A DNA stretch of 64,000 nucleotides, from assembly GCA_965247095.1 (NCBI GenBank), contig OZ251997.1, positions 384,001 to 448,000 of the forward strand. The letters run 5' to 3'. This DNA is from Candidatus Multivorans sp. Its GTDB lineage: Bacteria; Acidobacteriota; Thermoanaerobaculia; Multivoradales; Multivoraceae. Positions 41,406 through 51,260 of this stretch are shown in pieces (the first letter of the stretch is position 1; the number at the start of each line of letters is the position of its first letter). Both the position numbers and the translations under genes were made by a program. Below the pieces are notes generated by a model. The model ran no database searches. It was not told the DNA's origin and saw only the letters and a program-made list of their open reading frames with translations.

Positions 41406-42098
41406 TCAGCCGCCGAGCATCTTCTCGCGGCGTTCGGCGCGGGCGAATGTCAGGGCGACGATGGCGGCGATCGCGAGGGCGATGCCGATCCGGTTCTGGA
41501 CGCTCATCGCGAGCATCTGGTCGGCGTCGGCTCGGTCCACCGAGAGGGGGTTCCAGAACGGCGAGATGCGGAGGGGGTTTTCGCCGAAGCCGGTGATCAG
41601 GCCGTTGAGGCCAAGGAGGCCGGTCGTGGTCAGGGCGCCGGCCACCTCGCTGCGGAACAGGGTGGCGAGCCCCATGGCTGCAACCAGGTAGAAGGTGACG
41701 CCCTGGGCCGCGCCGTAGAGACTCTGGAAGACGGGGAAGGAGGTGAAGAAGGCGAACGTGACGGACGCCATCAAGGCCAGACTGGCGAGTAGCAACAGGC
41801 CGGCTGCGGCGAGCTTGCCGAGCCAGACGCGGTGAGCGCCGCCGGGTACGGTGTAGGCGATCTCAAGAGAGCGCTGGTCGAGTTCGCCGGTGATGATCCG
41901 CCCGCCCAGGAACACGGCGAGAACGGCCACCGGCATTCCGATCAGTGTGTTCTGGGCGGCGTCACGTTCGAAGCCCGTCGCGGCGCCGGCCAACAGCAGG
42001 ATCGCCTGCACGGCTAGCCACAGTAGCGGCAGCAGGGGCAGCAACCAGTAGCGCCGCCCTGCCAGCAGCACCGCGGACAGACGCAGCACGGCGATCAC
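41406..42098 (-). CDS. ABC-2-type permease, copy 1
   Basis: GTGA overlap with the RND-ABC fusion stop; about 6 TM; ITGELDQRSLE. Confidence 0.9.
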   Translation of the reverse strand: MIAVLRLSAVLLAGRRYWLLPLLPLLWLAVQAILLLAGAATGFERDAAQNTLIGMPVAVLAVFLGGRIITGELDQRSLEIAYTVPGGAHRVWLGKLAAAGLLLLASLALMASVTFAFFTSFPVFQSLYGAAQGVTFYLVAAMGLATLFRSEVAGALTTTGLLGLNGLITGFGENPLRISPFWNPLSVDRADADQMLAMSVQNRIGIALAIAAIVALTFARAERREKMLGG

Positions 42099-45000
42099 GT
42101 CGGGGCTCTGCCGCGCGCCGCCTGCGCCAGCCAGAGGTAGCCGTCCTCGAGCGTGGGTTCGACTGGTTCGGCCCGCCGATCGGGGCGGTCGGCAGCCAGC
42201 ACGCGCAGGCGGCTGCTGCCGTCGGGTTCCGGTTGGCGATCGGCGAGCACGGACGCCTCGGGAAGCTCCGGCTCCTCATCTCCGGGCGCCGTCCATGACC
42301 AGACACGGCCTTCGGCCTCTCGGGACAGCGCCGCCGGCTCGCCGTCGAACACCATGCGGCCGCCGGTGAGCACCAGTACGCGCTCGCAGGCCACCGCCAC
42401 GTCCTCGACGACGTGGGTCGAGAAGAGGACGATGCGGTCCTTGGCCAGGCGCGAGAGCAGGTTGCGGAAGCGGACGCGCTCGCGTGGGTCGAGGCCGACG
42501 GTCGGCTCGTCGACGACGATGATCGGCGGCAGGCGCAACAGCGTGCGGGCCACCGCGACCCGCTGCCGCATGCCGCCGGAGTAGCCGCCGATCGGTTCGT
42601 CCGCTCGCTCGTCGAGTCCGACTTCGCGCAGCAGGGAGCCGATGCGCTCCGCTCGCTCCGACGCCTCGATCTGGTAGAGCGCGGCGTAGTACTCGAGGTA
42701 CTGCCGGGCCGTCAGGCGCGCCGGCAGGCCGGCGTCCTGCGGCAGGTAGCCGACGTAGCGGGCCAGCCGTTTCCGTATCCTGAGCAGGGGCACGCCGCCC
42801 AGCGTGATCCGGCCGCGGGTCGAATCCAGAATGCCGGTCACCTGGCGGAGCAGGGTCGTCTTGCCCGCGCCGTTCGGACCCAGCACGCCGACCATGCCCC
42901 GCTCGACATCGAAGCTCACCGCGGCCAGCGCCTTCACCGTGTCGATCGGCAGATCGAGACCGAAGATCCGGGTTGCTGCCGCCCGCCAGAGGCGGATCAA
43001 CATGCCGCGCCAGCCACGGGTGCGCCGGCGGCGGGTTGACCGCTGCTCCCGGCGCACCGTCTCGAGACGGGCCGTGCGACGTCCGAGTTGGATCAGAAGG
43101 ATGATCGTGGAGAGGATGGCCACGACGATGAACCCGCCCACCGCGGGCTCGGTGGCGAGAGCCGGACCGACCAGGCCCGCGAGAAGCGCCCAGGGCAGCA
43201 GGGCGGACAGAACGCCCTCGATGCCGCCCGGCTCGACTCGACCAAGCGCGTCGGCGCGGCCGCGGGCACGCCGGACCTCGGTCAGCAGCCGGGAAGCGAT
43301 CAGCAGTGCGGCAATCCAGGCGCCCAGTTGGATCAGGTCGGCACGGAACCTCATGGCCAGGGCGACCGCGCCGGCGAGCAACAGGAGCAAGGGCAGGATG
43401 CGGTCCCGCGCGTCGGCGGGGTGGAAGGCCTGACCGCCGCGGTCGACGACCTGCTTGGCGAAGTCGGTCGATGCCCGCAGCGCCCGGCGCACCGGCCCCG
43501 GCCGGCCGTAGGTCTTGCGCAGGTGACGGACCACCAGCCGGGGCGGTCCGGCGTCGGCCTCCGGTTCCGGTGTCGGCGGTTTTGGCACCAGCCACACGGT
43601 GAGCCCGAGCAGGGCGCCGGCGATGAGCACGGTCGTCGTGACCTGCCAGAACATGGACTCGATCACGCCGAGAACGAACAACGGGGCGGTGGCCGCGATC
43701 ACCGCGCCGAGCCAGGTCAGAACCACCCAGGGTCCGACGCGGCTGAAGACATCGTCCAGGCGCCGCAGAAAGACGTAGCCGACCGGGATGACGAGCAGCG
43801 TGAGCACGGTCGAGGTCAGAAGACCGCCGATCACCAGGGTCGCGAAGGGCGGCCAGAGCTCGTTCTCGCGTCCCGTGGCGATGGCCAGCGGTGCGAGCGC
43901 CGCGATCGTCGTCGCGCTGGTCATCAACACCGGACGCGCGCGCTCGCGAACCGCGGCCAGGGCGGCGGCGCCCGCACTCCAGCCGGCGCCGAGTACCCGT
44001 TGCTGCATCCGGTCGACGAGCAGAACCGCCGGGTTCACCGCCAGCCCGAGGAGGACGAGCGCCCCGAGCAGCGCCATCGGATCGAGCCCGATGCCGGAGA
44101 ACATCAGCGCCCACAGCGAGCCGAGCAGGGCGAGCGGCAGCGCGAGCAGAACAAGGATCGGCAGGGTCATCGACTCGAACGCCACCGCCAGAACCAGGAA
44201 CACGAGCATCACGACCGGCGCCAGGACGCGCCGGAACCAGCTCGTGTTCTCGTCCGAGCGGTCGAGCTCGATTGTCGTTCCGGGCGGACGGTGGATGCTG
44301 GCAAGCGCCTCGTCCAGGTTGCGGTCGAATTCCAGCCGCGCCGGTCCGCCGCTTGGTACGTCGGACGAGACGCTGTAGATGACCTCCCGCTCGCGGCGGC
44401 CGTTGTGGTGTGTGATCACCGGGGAAGCCGGCGCGCGGCGCACCTGCGCCAAGGCGGCTACTGGCAGGACGCCAGCGCTCGTGGAGACGCGGAGCCGGGA
44501 CAGGCCGCTCAGCGACGCCTCGCGCTCGAAACTGCTGCCGTCCACGACCCGGGCGTCACTGGGTCGGTTCTCCGCGCGCTGGACGACGATCGGAAGCTCA
44601 CGGCCGTTCGGAAGCGGGAAGCCGCTGTTGATGCTCGTACCCTCACGGCCGGCGAGACTCAGCATCGGCAGCACATCGTCGAGCAGGACGCCGAAGGTGT
44701 CGAAGGCGCGACGGTTCGGGCTGACGTGGATCTCGTCGGGGCCGGGCCGTGAGGCTAGAAAGGCGCCGCTGATCCCCTCGATCTCCTTGAGCCGCTCGGC
44801 GACCTCCGTGGCCAGACCGGTCAACTGGTCGTTGTCGTTTCCGGACAGGATGACCCGTTTCGGCCCTGCCCCGAGCAACTCCTGGGCGCCGCCGCCACCG
44901 CCGGGACCGCCGCCCCGACCGCCCGGGCCTTCGCCTTCGCCGGGTCGCAGAATCTCGGTACCGGCGCGCCGGTTCGCGGCCCGGCGTACGAGCTGACGGA

Positions 45001-46912
45001 TCCGCGCCGCGGTCAGTTCCTCGGGGCGGTCCTCGAGTGCCTCGAGGTGGACCGTCAACGAGCCCCCCTCCTCGCGGATCATGCTTTCGACGCGGTCCAC
45101 GCCGTCGACTTCATGGACCGCCTCCAGAGGCTGGAAGGCGCGCACCGCGGAATCGAGCGAACTCCGGCTCTCGTCGAGGCGCACGGAGAACTGGACCTGG
45201 TCCGCGATCTCTGCTTCTGGCGACACTGTGTTTCCGAGCACAAAGGGCAGGGCCACGAGCGCGGTGACGACGACGGCGAGAGCCACCGACGTGATCCAGC
45301 TCGCAGGCCGCCTCAGTGCCGAGGCGAGAACTCCTGCAAACAGGATGCGGATCGGGTCGGGCGGCGCCTGTCCGGCGAAGCGTTCGCGGCGCTGTCGCAA
45401 TCGGGCCAGCCGGCGGATCGCCGCGGGCGCGGCGAGATGGCGGGCCAGCAGCGGTACGAGACCGATCGCCACCAACAGGGAACCGAACAGCGGCAGCAGG
45501 ATCGAGAGGGCGGCGATCGCGATCAGGTTGCGGATCATCGACGATCCCAGGTCGACGAGCAGCGGCGGCACGAAGACGACCGCGGTGGTCACGGACGCGG
45601 CGATGATCGCGCGGGCGGTGCGGCGGATGCCTCCCGCCGCGGCGTCGTCGGGACTTCGGCCCCGCTCGAGGCGGCGTTGGACGGACTCGAAGACCACGAC
45701 GCTGTTGTCGACCAGCAGTCCGACGCCGACCGCAAGGCCGAAGAGGCTGATCAGGTTCAGGGTCTGGCCGGCCAGGTAGAGGAAGGACAGCGCCGCGGCC
45801 AGGCTGACCGGCACCGCGATCGCTACCACCGCCACGGCCCGCCATTGGCGCAGGAAGAGGAACAGGACCGCAAGGGCGATCAGGAAGCCTGAGAGACCGA
45901 GGTTTCTCAGACGGCCGATCTGGGTCTCGACGAGTTCCGCGGCGTCGAGGCTGATGAGCAGATGAATGCCGAGGGGCTCGAGATCTGCGTTGACCTCCTC
46001 GATCCGGCGGCGCAGGTCGCGGCCGAGGCGAACCAGGTTCGCGCCCTCTTCCTGGAAGAGCAAGACCCCAACCGAGGGGTCGCCGTTGACCCGGAACAGC
46101 ATTTGTCGGCGGCCGGGGCCGACTTCGATCTCGGCGACGTGGCGCACCAGAGCCGGCCGGTCCGGCACGATCCGAACCTCGCCCATGGACACCGGGCCGA
46201 CGGGACGGCCGTCCAGCATCACCGCCGTTCGCCCGGCTTCGTCTTCCAGGCTGCCGAGGTAGCGCAAGCGGCCGGCCGCGGCGCGCACCGCCGCCGTCAC
46301 CTGCTCCGTGGTGACGCCGAGCGCTGCACAGCGGTTCGGGTCGACCCAGACGGTCAACTGCCGCGACGCACCGCCGCCGACGATCGCCTGACTGACGCCC
46401 GGCACCGCGGCCAGCCGCGGCGTGACGAGTTCCACGACCAGGTCGTGCAGGGCGTTCTGGTCGGCGGCGCCGGTGACCTGCAGGACCATGGCGAAGCTGG
46501 AAATGGCACTGCTGTCCTGGGCCTGGACGTCCAGGAAAGCGTTCCGCGGCTGGGTGCGGGCGAGGTCCGCGGCGATCCGGCGCACCTCCAGCTCGCGGAC
46601 CTTCAGGTCGACGCCGCGTTCGAAGAGGATCGTGAAGCTGCCGCCGGCGCCGCTGACCTCGCCCCAGGTCTCGGCGACCCGCGGCAGGGTCCGTACCCGG
46701 GCCTCGAGCGGCATCAGGATCTCCCGCTCGATCGTCTCCGGTTCGCTGCCCGGGCGGAAGAAGTTGACGTAGAGCTGGTCGCCGGTCAGGGCCGGGAAGA
46801 GTTCGACCGGCAGTCGTCGCCAGGCGAACAGCCCCAGGATCACAAACCCCAGGAAGAACATCGCCACGGCGACGGGGCGGCGAATGGCAAGGGTGTCGAG
46901 ACCGGCTCTCAC
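42095..46912 (-). CDS. RND (AcrB-family) permease fused to C-terminal ABC ATPase
   Basis: RRPVA..LPVELFP, GLLVDNSVVV, RARPVLMT; then GPNGAGKTT, YSGGMRQR, IVVDEPT, LFSTH. Confidence 0.92.
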   Translation of the reverse strand: MRAGLDTLAIRRPVAVAMFFLGFVILGLFAWRRLPVELFPALTGDQLYVNFFRPGSEPETIEREILMPLEARVRTLPRVAETWGEVSGAGGSFTILFERGVDLKVRELEVRRIAADLARTQPRNAFLDVQAQDSSAISSFAMVLQVTGAADQNALHDLVVELVTPRLAAVPGVSQAIVGGGASRQLTVWVDPNRCAALGVTTEQVTAAVRAAAGRLRYLGSLEDEAGRTAVMLDGRPVGPVSMGEVRIVPDRPALVRHVAEIEVGPGRRQMLFRVNGDPSVGVLLFQEEGANLVRLGRDLRRRIEEVNADLEPLGIHLLISLDAAELVETQIGRLRNLGLSGFLIALAVLFLFLRQWRAVAVVAIAVPVSLAAALSFLYLAGQTLNLISLFGLAVGVGLLVDNSVVVFESVQRRLERGRSPDDAAAGGIRRTARAIIAASVTTAVVFVPPLLVDLGSSMIRNLIAIAALSILLPLFGSLLVAIGLVPLLARHLAAPAAIRRLARLRQRRERFAGQAPPDPIRILFAGVLASALRRPASWITSVALAVVVTALVALPFVLGNTVSPEAEIADQVQFSVRLDESRSSLDSAVRAFQPLEAVHEVDGVDRVESMIREEGGSLTVHLEALEDRPEELTAARIRQLVRRAANRRAGTEILRPGEGEGPGGRGGGPGGGGGAQELLGAGPKRVILSGNDNDQLTGLATEVAERLKEIEGISGAFLASRPGPDEIHVSPNRRAFDTFGVLLDDVLPMLSLAGREGTSINSGFPLPNGRELPIVVQRAENRPSDARVVDGSSFEREASLSGLSRLRVSTSAGVLPVAALAQVRRAPASPVITHHNGRREREVIYSVSSDVPSGGPARLEFDRNLDEALASIHRPPGTTIELDRSDENTSWFRRVLAPVVMLVFLVLAVAFESMTLPILVLLALPLALLGSLWALMFSGIGLDPMALLGALVLLGLAVNPAVLLVDRMQQRVLGAGWSAGAAALAAVRERARPVLMTSATTIAALAPLAIATGRENELWPPFATLVIGGLLTSTVLTLLVIPVGYVFLRRLDDVFSRVGPWVVLTWLGAVIAATAPLFVLGVIESMFWQVTTTVLIAGALLGLTVWLVPKPPTPEPEADAGPPRLVVRHLRKTYGRPGPVRRALRASTDFAKQVVDRGGQAFHPADARDRILPLLLLLAGAVALAMRFRADLIQLGAWIAALLIASRLLTEVRRARGRADALGRVEPGGIEGVLSALLPWALLAGLVGPALATEPAVGGFIVVAILSTIILLIQLGRRTARLETVRREQRSTRRRRTRGWRGMLIRLWRAAATRIFGLDLPIDTVKALAAVSFDVERGMVGVLGPNGAGKTTLLRQVTGILDSTRGRITLGGVPLLRIRKRLARYVGYLPQDAGLPARLTARQYLEYYAALYQIEASERAERIGSLLREVGLDERADEPIGGYSGGMRQRVAVARTLLRLPPIIVVDEPTVGLDPRERVRFRNLLSRLAKDRIVLFSTHVVEDVAVACERVLVLTGGRMVFDGEPAALSREAEGRVWSWTAPGDEEPELPEASVLADRQPEPDGSSRLRVLAADRPDRRAEPVEPTLEDGYLWLAQAARGRAPT

Positions 46913-46925
46913 GTCGCTTTCCGGT

Positions 46926-49900
46926 TCAGGCGCCGGACGGGTCGCGGCGGCGCCGGGTCAGTCGCATCGAGTCGAGTATCAGGTAGAGGCAGGGCAGCAC
47001 GAGGAGCGAGCCGACGGTGGAGGTGAGGATGCCGCCGATGATCGTGTACGCCATCGGGCTTCGCAGTTCCGCGGCTTCGCCGGCGCCTATGGCAAGCGGC
47101 GCCAGGACCAGGACAGTGGTCAGGGTCGTCATCAGGATCGGCCGCAGGCGGATCGCGGCGGCCCGGGCCAGTGCGGTGCGCCGCTCCATGCCGGCGGCGA
47201 GCAGCCGGCGGGCGGTGGCAATCAGGAGGACCGCGTCGTTCACCGCCACGCCCGCGAGCACGATGAGGCCGAGCAGCGCCATGACACCGACCGGCCGTCC
47301 GAGGAAGCCGAGGGTGCAGGCGACGCCGACCAGGGCCAGGGGGATCGAGAACAACACCGTGAGCGGTTGGAGCAGGGACTCGAACGTTCCGGCGAGGACC
47401 ATCAGCACGAGAACGAGCGCCAGCAGCCCCGCCCAGCGCAGTTCGCCGACGGCGCGCTCGCGTTCCTCTTCCTCGCCGGCGAGACGGACGATCAGACCGG
47501 AGGGCAGGTCGGTTGCTGCGATCGTCTCGCCGGCTGCCGCGATCGCGCGCGGGTAGTCGCTGTCGTCGGCGACCCGGGCGGTCACCTGGGCGACGCGGCG
47601 CTGGTCGCGGCGGAAGACCTCGCGGGCGCCCTCGGCGGGGACGAAGCGGGCGACTTGGCCGAGGGCGAGGTCCGCGCCGTCGTTGCTCGTGAAGCGCAGT
47701 TTGGCGAGTTCCTCGGGCCGCGGCTGGGGCAGAGAGAGGACGACGTGGCGCTCCTCGTCTCCAGTCGAGAGCAGGGTGACCCTGCGGCCGTCGAGTGCGG
47801 CCTGGAGCACCCGGGCGATCGTTTCCAGGCCGACGCCGAGGCCGTCGGCCATCGCGCGGTCGAGTTCGATCCGCAGTTCCGGCGGTCCGCCCTCGAACGA
47901 GGAGCGGACGTTCCAGAGTTCGGATCGCACAGCCATCGCGTCGCGCAACCTGGTGGCCGCCAGGCGCAGGTCGGGCAGCGACTGGCCCGCGATCTCGACC
48001 ACGATCGGCGGTCCCGCGGAGCCGAGCGCGCGCGATAGCGCCGACGCCCCGACCTCCCACTCGATCTCGGTATCCGGCAGGTCTTGGAAGTTGGGCTGCA
48101 GGGCGGTCACGATCTGGCCGCCGGTCGGCCCTTCGGCGGACAGCCGGACGAGCAGGCGGGCCGTGTTCTCCTCAGTCAGCTCCGTGGTCACGAGCCGATC
48201 GTCCTCGGGCAGGCGGCCGACCTCGGCCTGGATCGCCTGCAGGTGCTCGCCGGCAGCCTGCCTGACCGCCTCTTCCAGCGTCGCCACGGCGCCGGCGGTG
48301 GCCTCGACGCGCTGGCCGGGCGGGCCGACCATGCGCACCGAGAACTGCCGCGGGTCGGCAGGCGGCAGCAGTTCGCTGCCCAGTCCGAGCAGAACGTAGA
48401 CGGCGCCGGCGGCGGCGAGCACCGCCACTCCGACGACCAGCCAGCGAAGCTGAAGCAGGCCGAGAACCAGGCGCTCGACGGCGCCGAAGGCCCAGCCCAG
48501 CGGACGCGCTTCGTCTTCGTCAGCGTCCACCGGCATGCTGATGGATGCCGCCGCCGATGCGTCGGCCGTGGGCTCGGGCGCGGCGGTTTGCGGTTTGGCG
48601 CGCGGCAGGAGCCAGCGCGACAGGGCCGGAATCAGCATGATCGCGACCGCCAGGGAGGCGCCGAGGGAGGCGGTGACGGTGAAGGCGATGCCTTCGATCA
48701 GGCGCGCCGCCAGACCCTGGACGAAGAGGACGGGCAGGAAGACAACGCACGTAGTGAGCGTCGAGGCGGCAATCGCGCCCGCGACCTCGCCCGTGCCCCT
48801 GGCGGCCGTGTCGGCTGCCGAGGCGCCGGGGCGGTGGCGGCGGTGGATGCTCTCCACGACGACGATCGCGTTGTCGACCAGCATGCCGGCGCCGAGCGCC
48901 AGCCCGGCCAGGGTGATGATGTTCAGAGAGTGCCCCCACAGCCGCATCGCGAACAGCGCGACGAACAGGGACACCGGCACCGCTGAAGCGACGACCAAGG
49001 TCGGACCGAGGGAGCGCAGGAACAGCGCCAGCACGACGACCGCCAGGGCGATGCCGATCAGCGCCGCGTTCGTCAGGTCGTCCATCGCGTCCTCGATCAG
49101 CGCGGCGTCGTCGTTGACCATCGAGACGAGGACCCGGGGCAGGTCGCGCTCGAGGTCGTCGAGCGCCGCGCGCACGGTGCGCGAGACCTCCACGGTGTTG
49201 GCGCCCGCCTCCTTGAACACCTGCAGGCCGACGCCCTCCTGGCCGTTCACCCGCACCAGGTGGTCGATCTCGGCGTGTGCGAGTTCGACCGTGGCGACGT
49301 CGGAGACCCGGATCGGCTGACGGACCTGCCGGCCTCCCTCCGCCTGCTGGGTGCGGTAGCGCACGACGACCCGCTCGACATCGCGGGAGTTCCGGAACCG
49401 GGAGATGCCTCGAACGAGATAGACCTGACCGCCGTCCTCCAGGGTGCCGGCGTCGATGTCGACGTTCTCGGCCACGAGGCGTTGCTCCAGTTGGTCCAAG
49501 GTGACGCCGAACGCCTGCAGGCGGTAGCGGTCGACGCGTACGCGGACCTCCAGTTCCCGCCCTCCGAGGACCCGCACCTCGGCAACGTCGGCGAGCTGCT
49601 CCATGGCCGGCGCCACCTGACGGCGCGCCAGGCGGCGGAGCTCGGCGAGATCAGGTCCTTCCGGCTCGGCGGCCAGCCCAAGGGTGATCACCGGCGACTG
49701 CCTCGGATCGAGTTGGCGGACCAGGACCTCGTCGACTTCGGGGTCGGCCGCGACCGGATTGACCGCCTTCTGCACGTCGATCAGCGCCAGGTCCATGTCG
49801 GCGTCCCAGTCGAAGCGGACGGTGGCGATCAGGCGGCCGGTGCGGGCGACCTGGTGCACCTCGCGGAGGCCGCGCACCGTGAACAGGCGCTGCTCGACCT

Positions 49901-50120
49901 GCTCGCCGTAGAGCCGCTCCATCTCGGTCGGCGGCCGGTCGCCGGAACGCACGGCGACGACGATGGTCGGCGAACGCAGGTCGGGCAGGAGGTCGATCGG
50001 CAGTTCACGCCACGACATCCAGCCCACCAAGGCGAATGCCAGGGCGGTGACGGTGACCGCTACGGGCCGGCGCGCAGCCAGGCGGGCGGGGCCGAAGGTC
50101 TCACCGGATGTTCGAGTCAT
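46926..50120 (-). CDS. RND (AcrB-family) permease
   Basis: LPIDLLPD, GMLVDNAIVVVE, RLRPILMTTLTT. Confidence 0.95.
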   Translation of the reverse strand: MTRTSGETFGPARLAARRPVAVTVTALAFALVGWMSWRELPIDLLPDLRSPTIVVAVRSGDRPPTEMERLYGEQVEQRLFTVRGLREVHQVARTGRLIATVRFDWDADMDLALIDVQKAVNPVAADPEVDEVLVRQLDPRQSPVITLGLAAEPEGPDLAELRRLARRQVAPAMEQLADVAEVRVLGGRELEVRVRVDRYRLQAFGVTLDQLEQRLVAENVDIDAGTLEDGGQVYLVRGISRFRNSRDVERVVVRYRTQQAEGGRQVRQPIRVSDVATVELAHAEIDHLVRVNGQEGVGLQVFKEAGANTVEVSRTVRAALDDLERDLPRVLVSMVNDDAALIEDAMDDLTNAALIGIALAVVVLALFLRSLGPTLVVASAVPVSLFVALFAMRLWGHSLNIITLAGLALGAGMLVDNAIVVVESIHRRHRPGASAADTAARGTGEVAGAIAASTLTTCVVFLPVLFVQGLAARLIEGIAFTVTASLGASLAVAIMLIPALSRWLLPRAKPQTAAPEPTADASAAASISMPVDADEDEARPLGWAFGAVERLVLGLLQLRWLVVGVAVLAAAGAVYVLLGLGSELLPPADPRQFSVRMVGPPGQRVEATAGAVATLEEAVRQAAGEHLQAIQAEVGRLPEDDRLVTTELTEENTARLLVRLSAEGPTGGQIVTALQPNFQDLPDTEIEWEVGASALSRALGSAGPPIVVEIAGQSLPDLRLAATRLRDAMAVRSELWNVRSSFEGGPPELRIELDRAMADGLGVGLETIARVLQAALDGRRVTLLSTGDEERHVVLSLPQPRPEELAKLRFTSNDGADLALGQVARFVPAEGAREVFRRDQRRVAQVTARVADDSDYPRAIAAAGETIAATDLPSGLIVRLAGEEEERERAVGELRWAGLLALVLVLMVLAGTFESLLQPLTVLFSIPLALVGVACTLGFLGRPVGVMALLGLIVLAGVAVNDAVLLIATARRLLAAGMERRTALARAAAIRLRPILMTTLTTVLVLAPLAIGAGEAAELRSPMAYTIIGGILTSTVGSLLVLPCLYLILDSMRLTRRRRDPSGA

Positions 50121-50159
50121 CGTGCCGGGCTCCGGTGGTCAGAGCTGCCGAATCGGTTC

Positions 50160-51260
50160 TTATTGGGAAACCCGGACGCGGGTGCCGTCGGTCAGGGTTT
50201 CGAGGCCGCGAACGACGACCCGCTCGCCGAGCTCCAGCCCCTGGCGAATCTCGGTGATCTCGTCGTCGCCGAGACCGAGAACGACTTCGCGCCGCACCGC
50301 GCGCTGGCCGTCGAGGACGAAGACGACGCGCCGGCCGCCGCGCTCGGTAACCGCCTCGCGCGGAATGACGGGGACGTCGTTGCGCTGCTCGACGACCAGG
50401 GTCACTTCGACGAACATGCCCGGCCGCAGCAGGCCGCCGGGATTGCGCACCGCCACCTCGGCGCGGAAGGTGTGGGTGACCGGGTCGACCTCGGGGGACA
50501 GGCGGACGACCCCGCCTTCGAACGTCTGGCCCTCCCAGGCGAAGTGCCTGAGCCGGCCCCGCTGCCCGGGGTGGACCCGCGCCAGTTCGGGGCCCACGAG
50601 GTCGATGTCGGCGATCAGGGAGGCGACCGGAGCGATCCGGGCCACCTGGAAGCCCCGGGAAACGAGCTGGCCGTCGGCGATCGGCATGCCGTTCGGGTCG
50701 CGGGCGAGTTCCATCAGCACGCCGCCGATCGGGGTCAGCATCTTCGCGCGGTCCTCGGTAAGCAGGCTCTGCTCCCAGGTCGCCTTCGCGTCTTCGAGCG
50801 CGATCTCGGCGCGGCGCAGCTCTTCGGCACTGATCAGTTCCTGCTCGAACAGCTTGGCGCGGGCGTCGCGTTCGGCCTCGGCGCCCAGGTAGGCTTGGTG
50901 GGTCGCCTCGACCCGGGCCGCGAGCCGTGCGTCCTCGCCGGTGACCTCCGCGATCATCTGCTCGGGGACGACGCGGTCGCCTTCGGCCAGCCGGTCGCCG
51001 GAACCGTTGCGGCCGATCAGCAGTCTCCCCGGCGTCTCGACCTGCAGGACGATGCTCTCGGCCGCTCGCAGAGTGCCGGTGGCGACGATCAGATCCTCGA
51101 CGTTGCCGGTTTCGACCTCGGCCGCGGTGACCGGCACCAGGAAGTCGACGGGGTCCGTGCTGCCGCCGCCTTCGCAGGCGACGATCACGGCGCAGGCGGC
51201 TATCGCGAGGCCCGCATGCCGGAGGCCGGCGATCGGGCGGGAGGGCTGCCGCGGGCTCAT
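50160..51260 (-). CDS. RND periplasmic adaptor (membrane fusion protein), lipoprotein
   Basis: IVAC lipobox, EGDRV, VDPVTHTF, LRPGMF, GLELGERVV. Confidence 0.92.
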   Translation of the reverse strand: MSPRQPSRPIAGLRHAGLAIAACAVIVACEGGGSTDPVDFLVPVTAAEVETGNVEDLIVATGTLRAAESIVLQVETPGRLLIGRNGSGDRLAEGDRVVPEQMIAEVTGEDARLAARVEATHQAYLGAEAERDARAKLFEQELISAEELRRAEIALEDAKATWEQSLLTEDRAKMLTPIGGVLMELARDPNGMPIADGQLVSRGFQVARIAPVASLIADIDLVGPELARVHPGQRGRLRHFAWEGQTFEGGVVRLSPEVDPVTHTFRAEVAVRNPGGLLRPGMFVEVTLVVEQRNDVPVIPREAVTERGGRRVVFVLDGQRAVRREVVLGLGDDEITEIRQGLELGERVVVRGLETLTDGTRVRVSQ

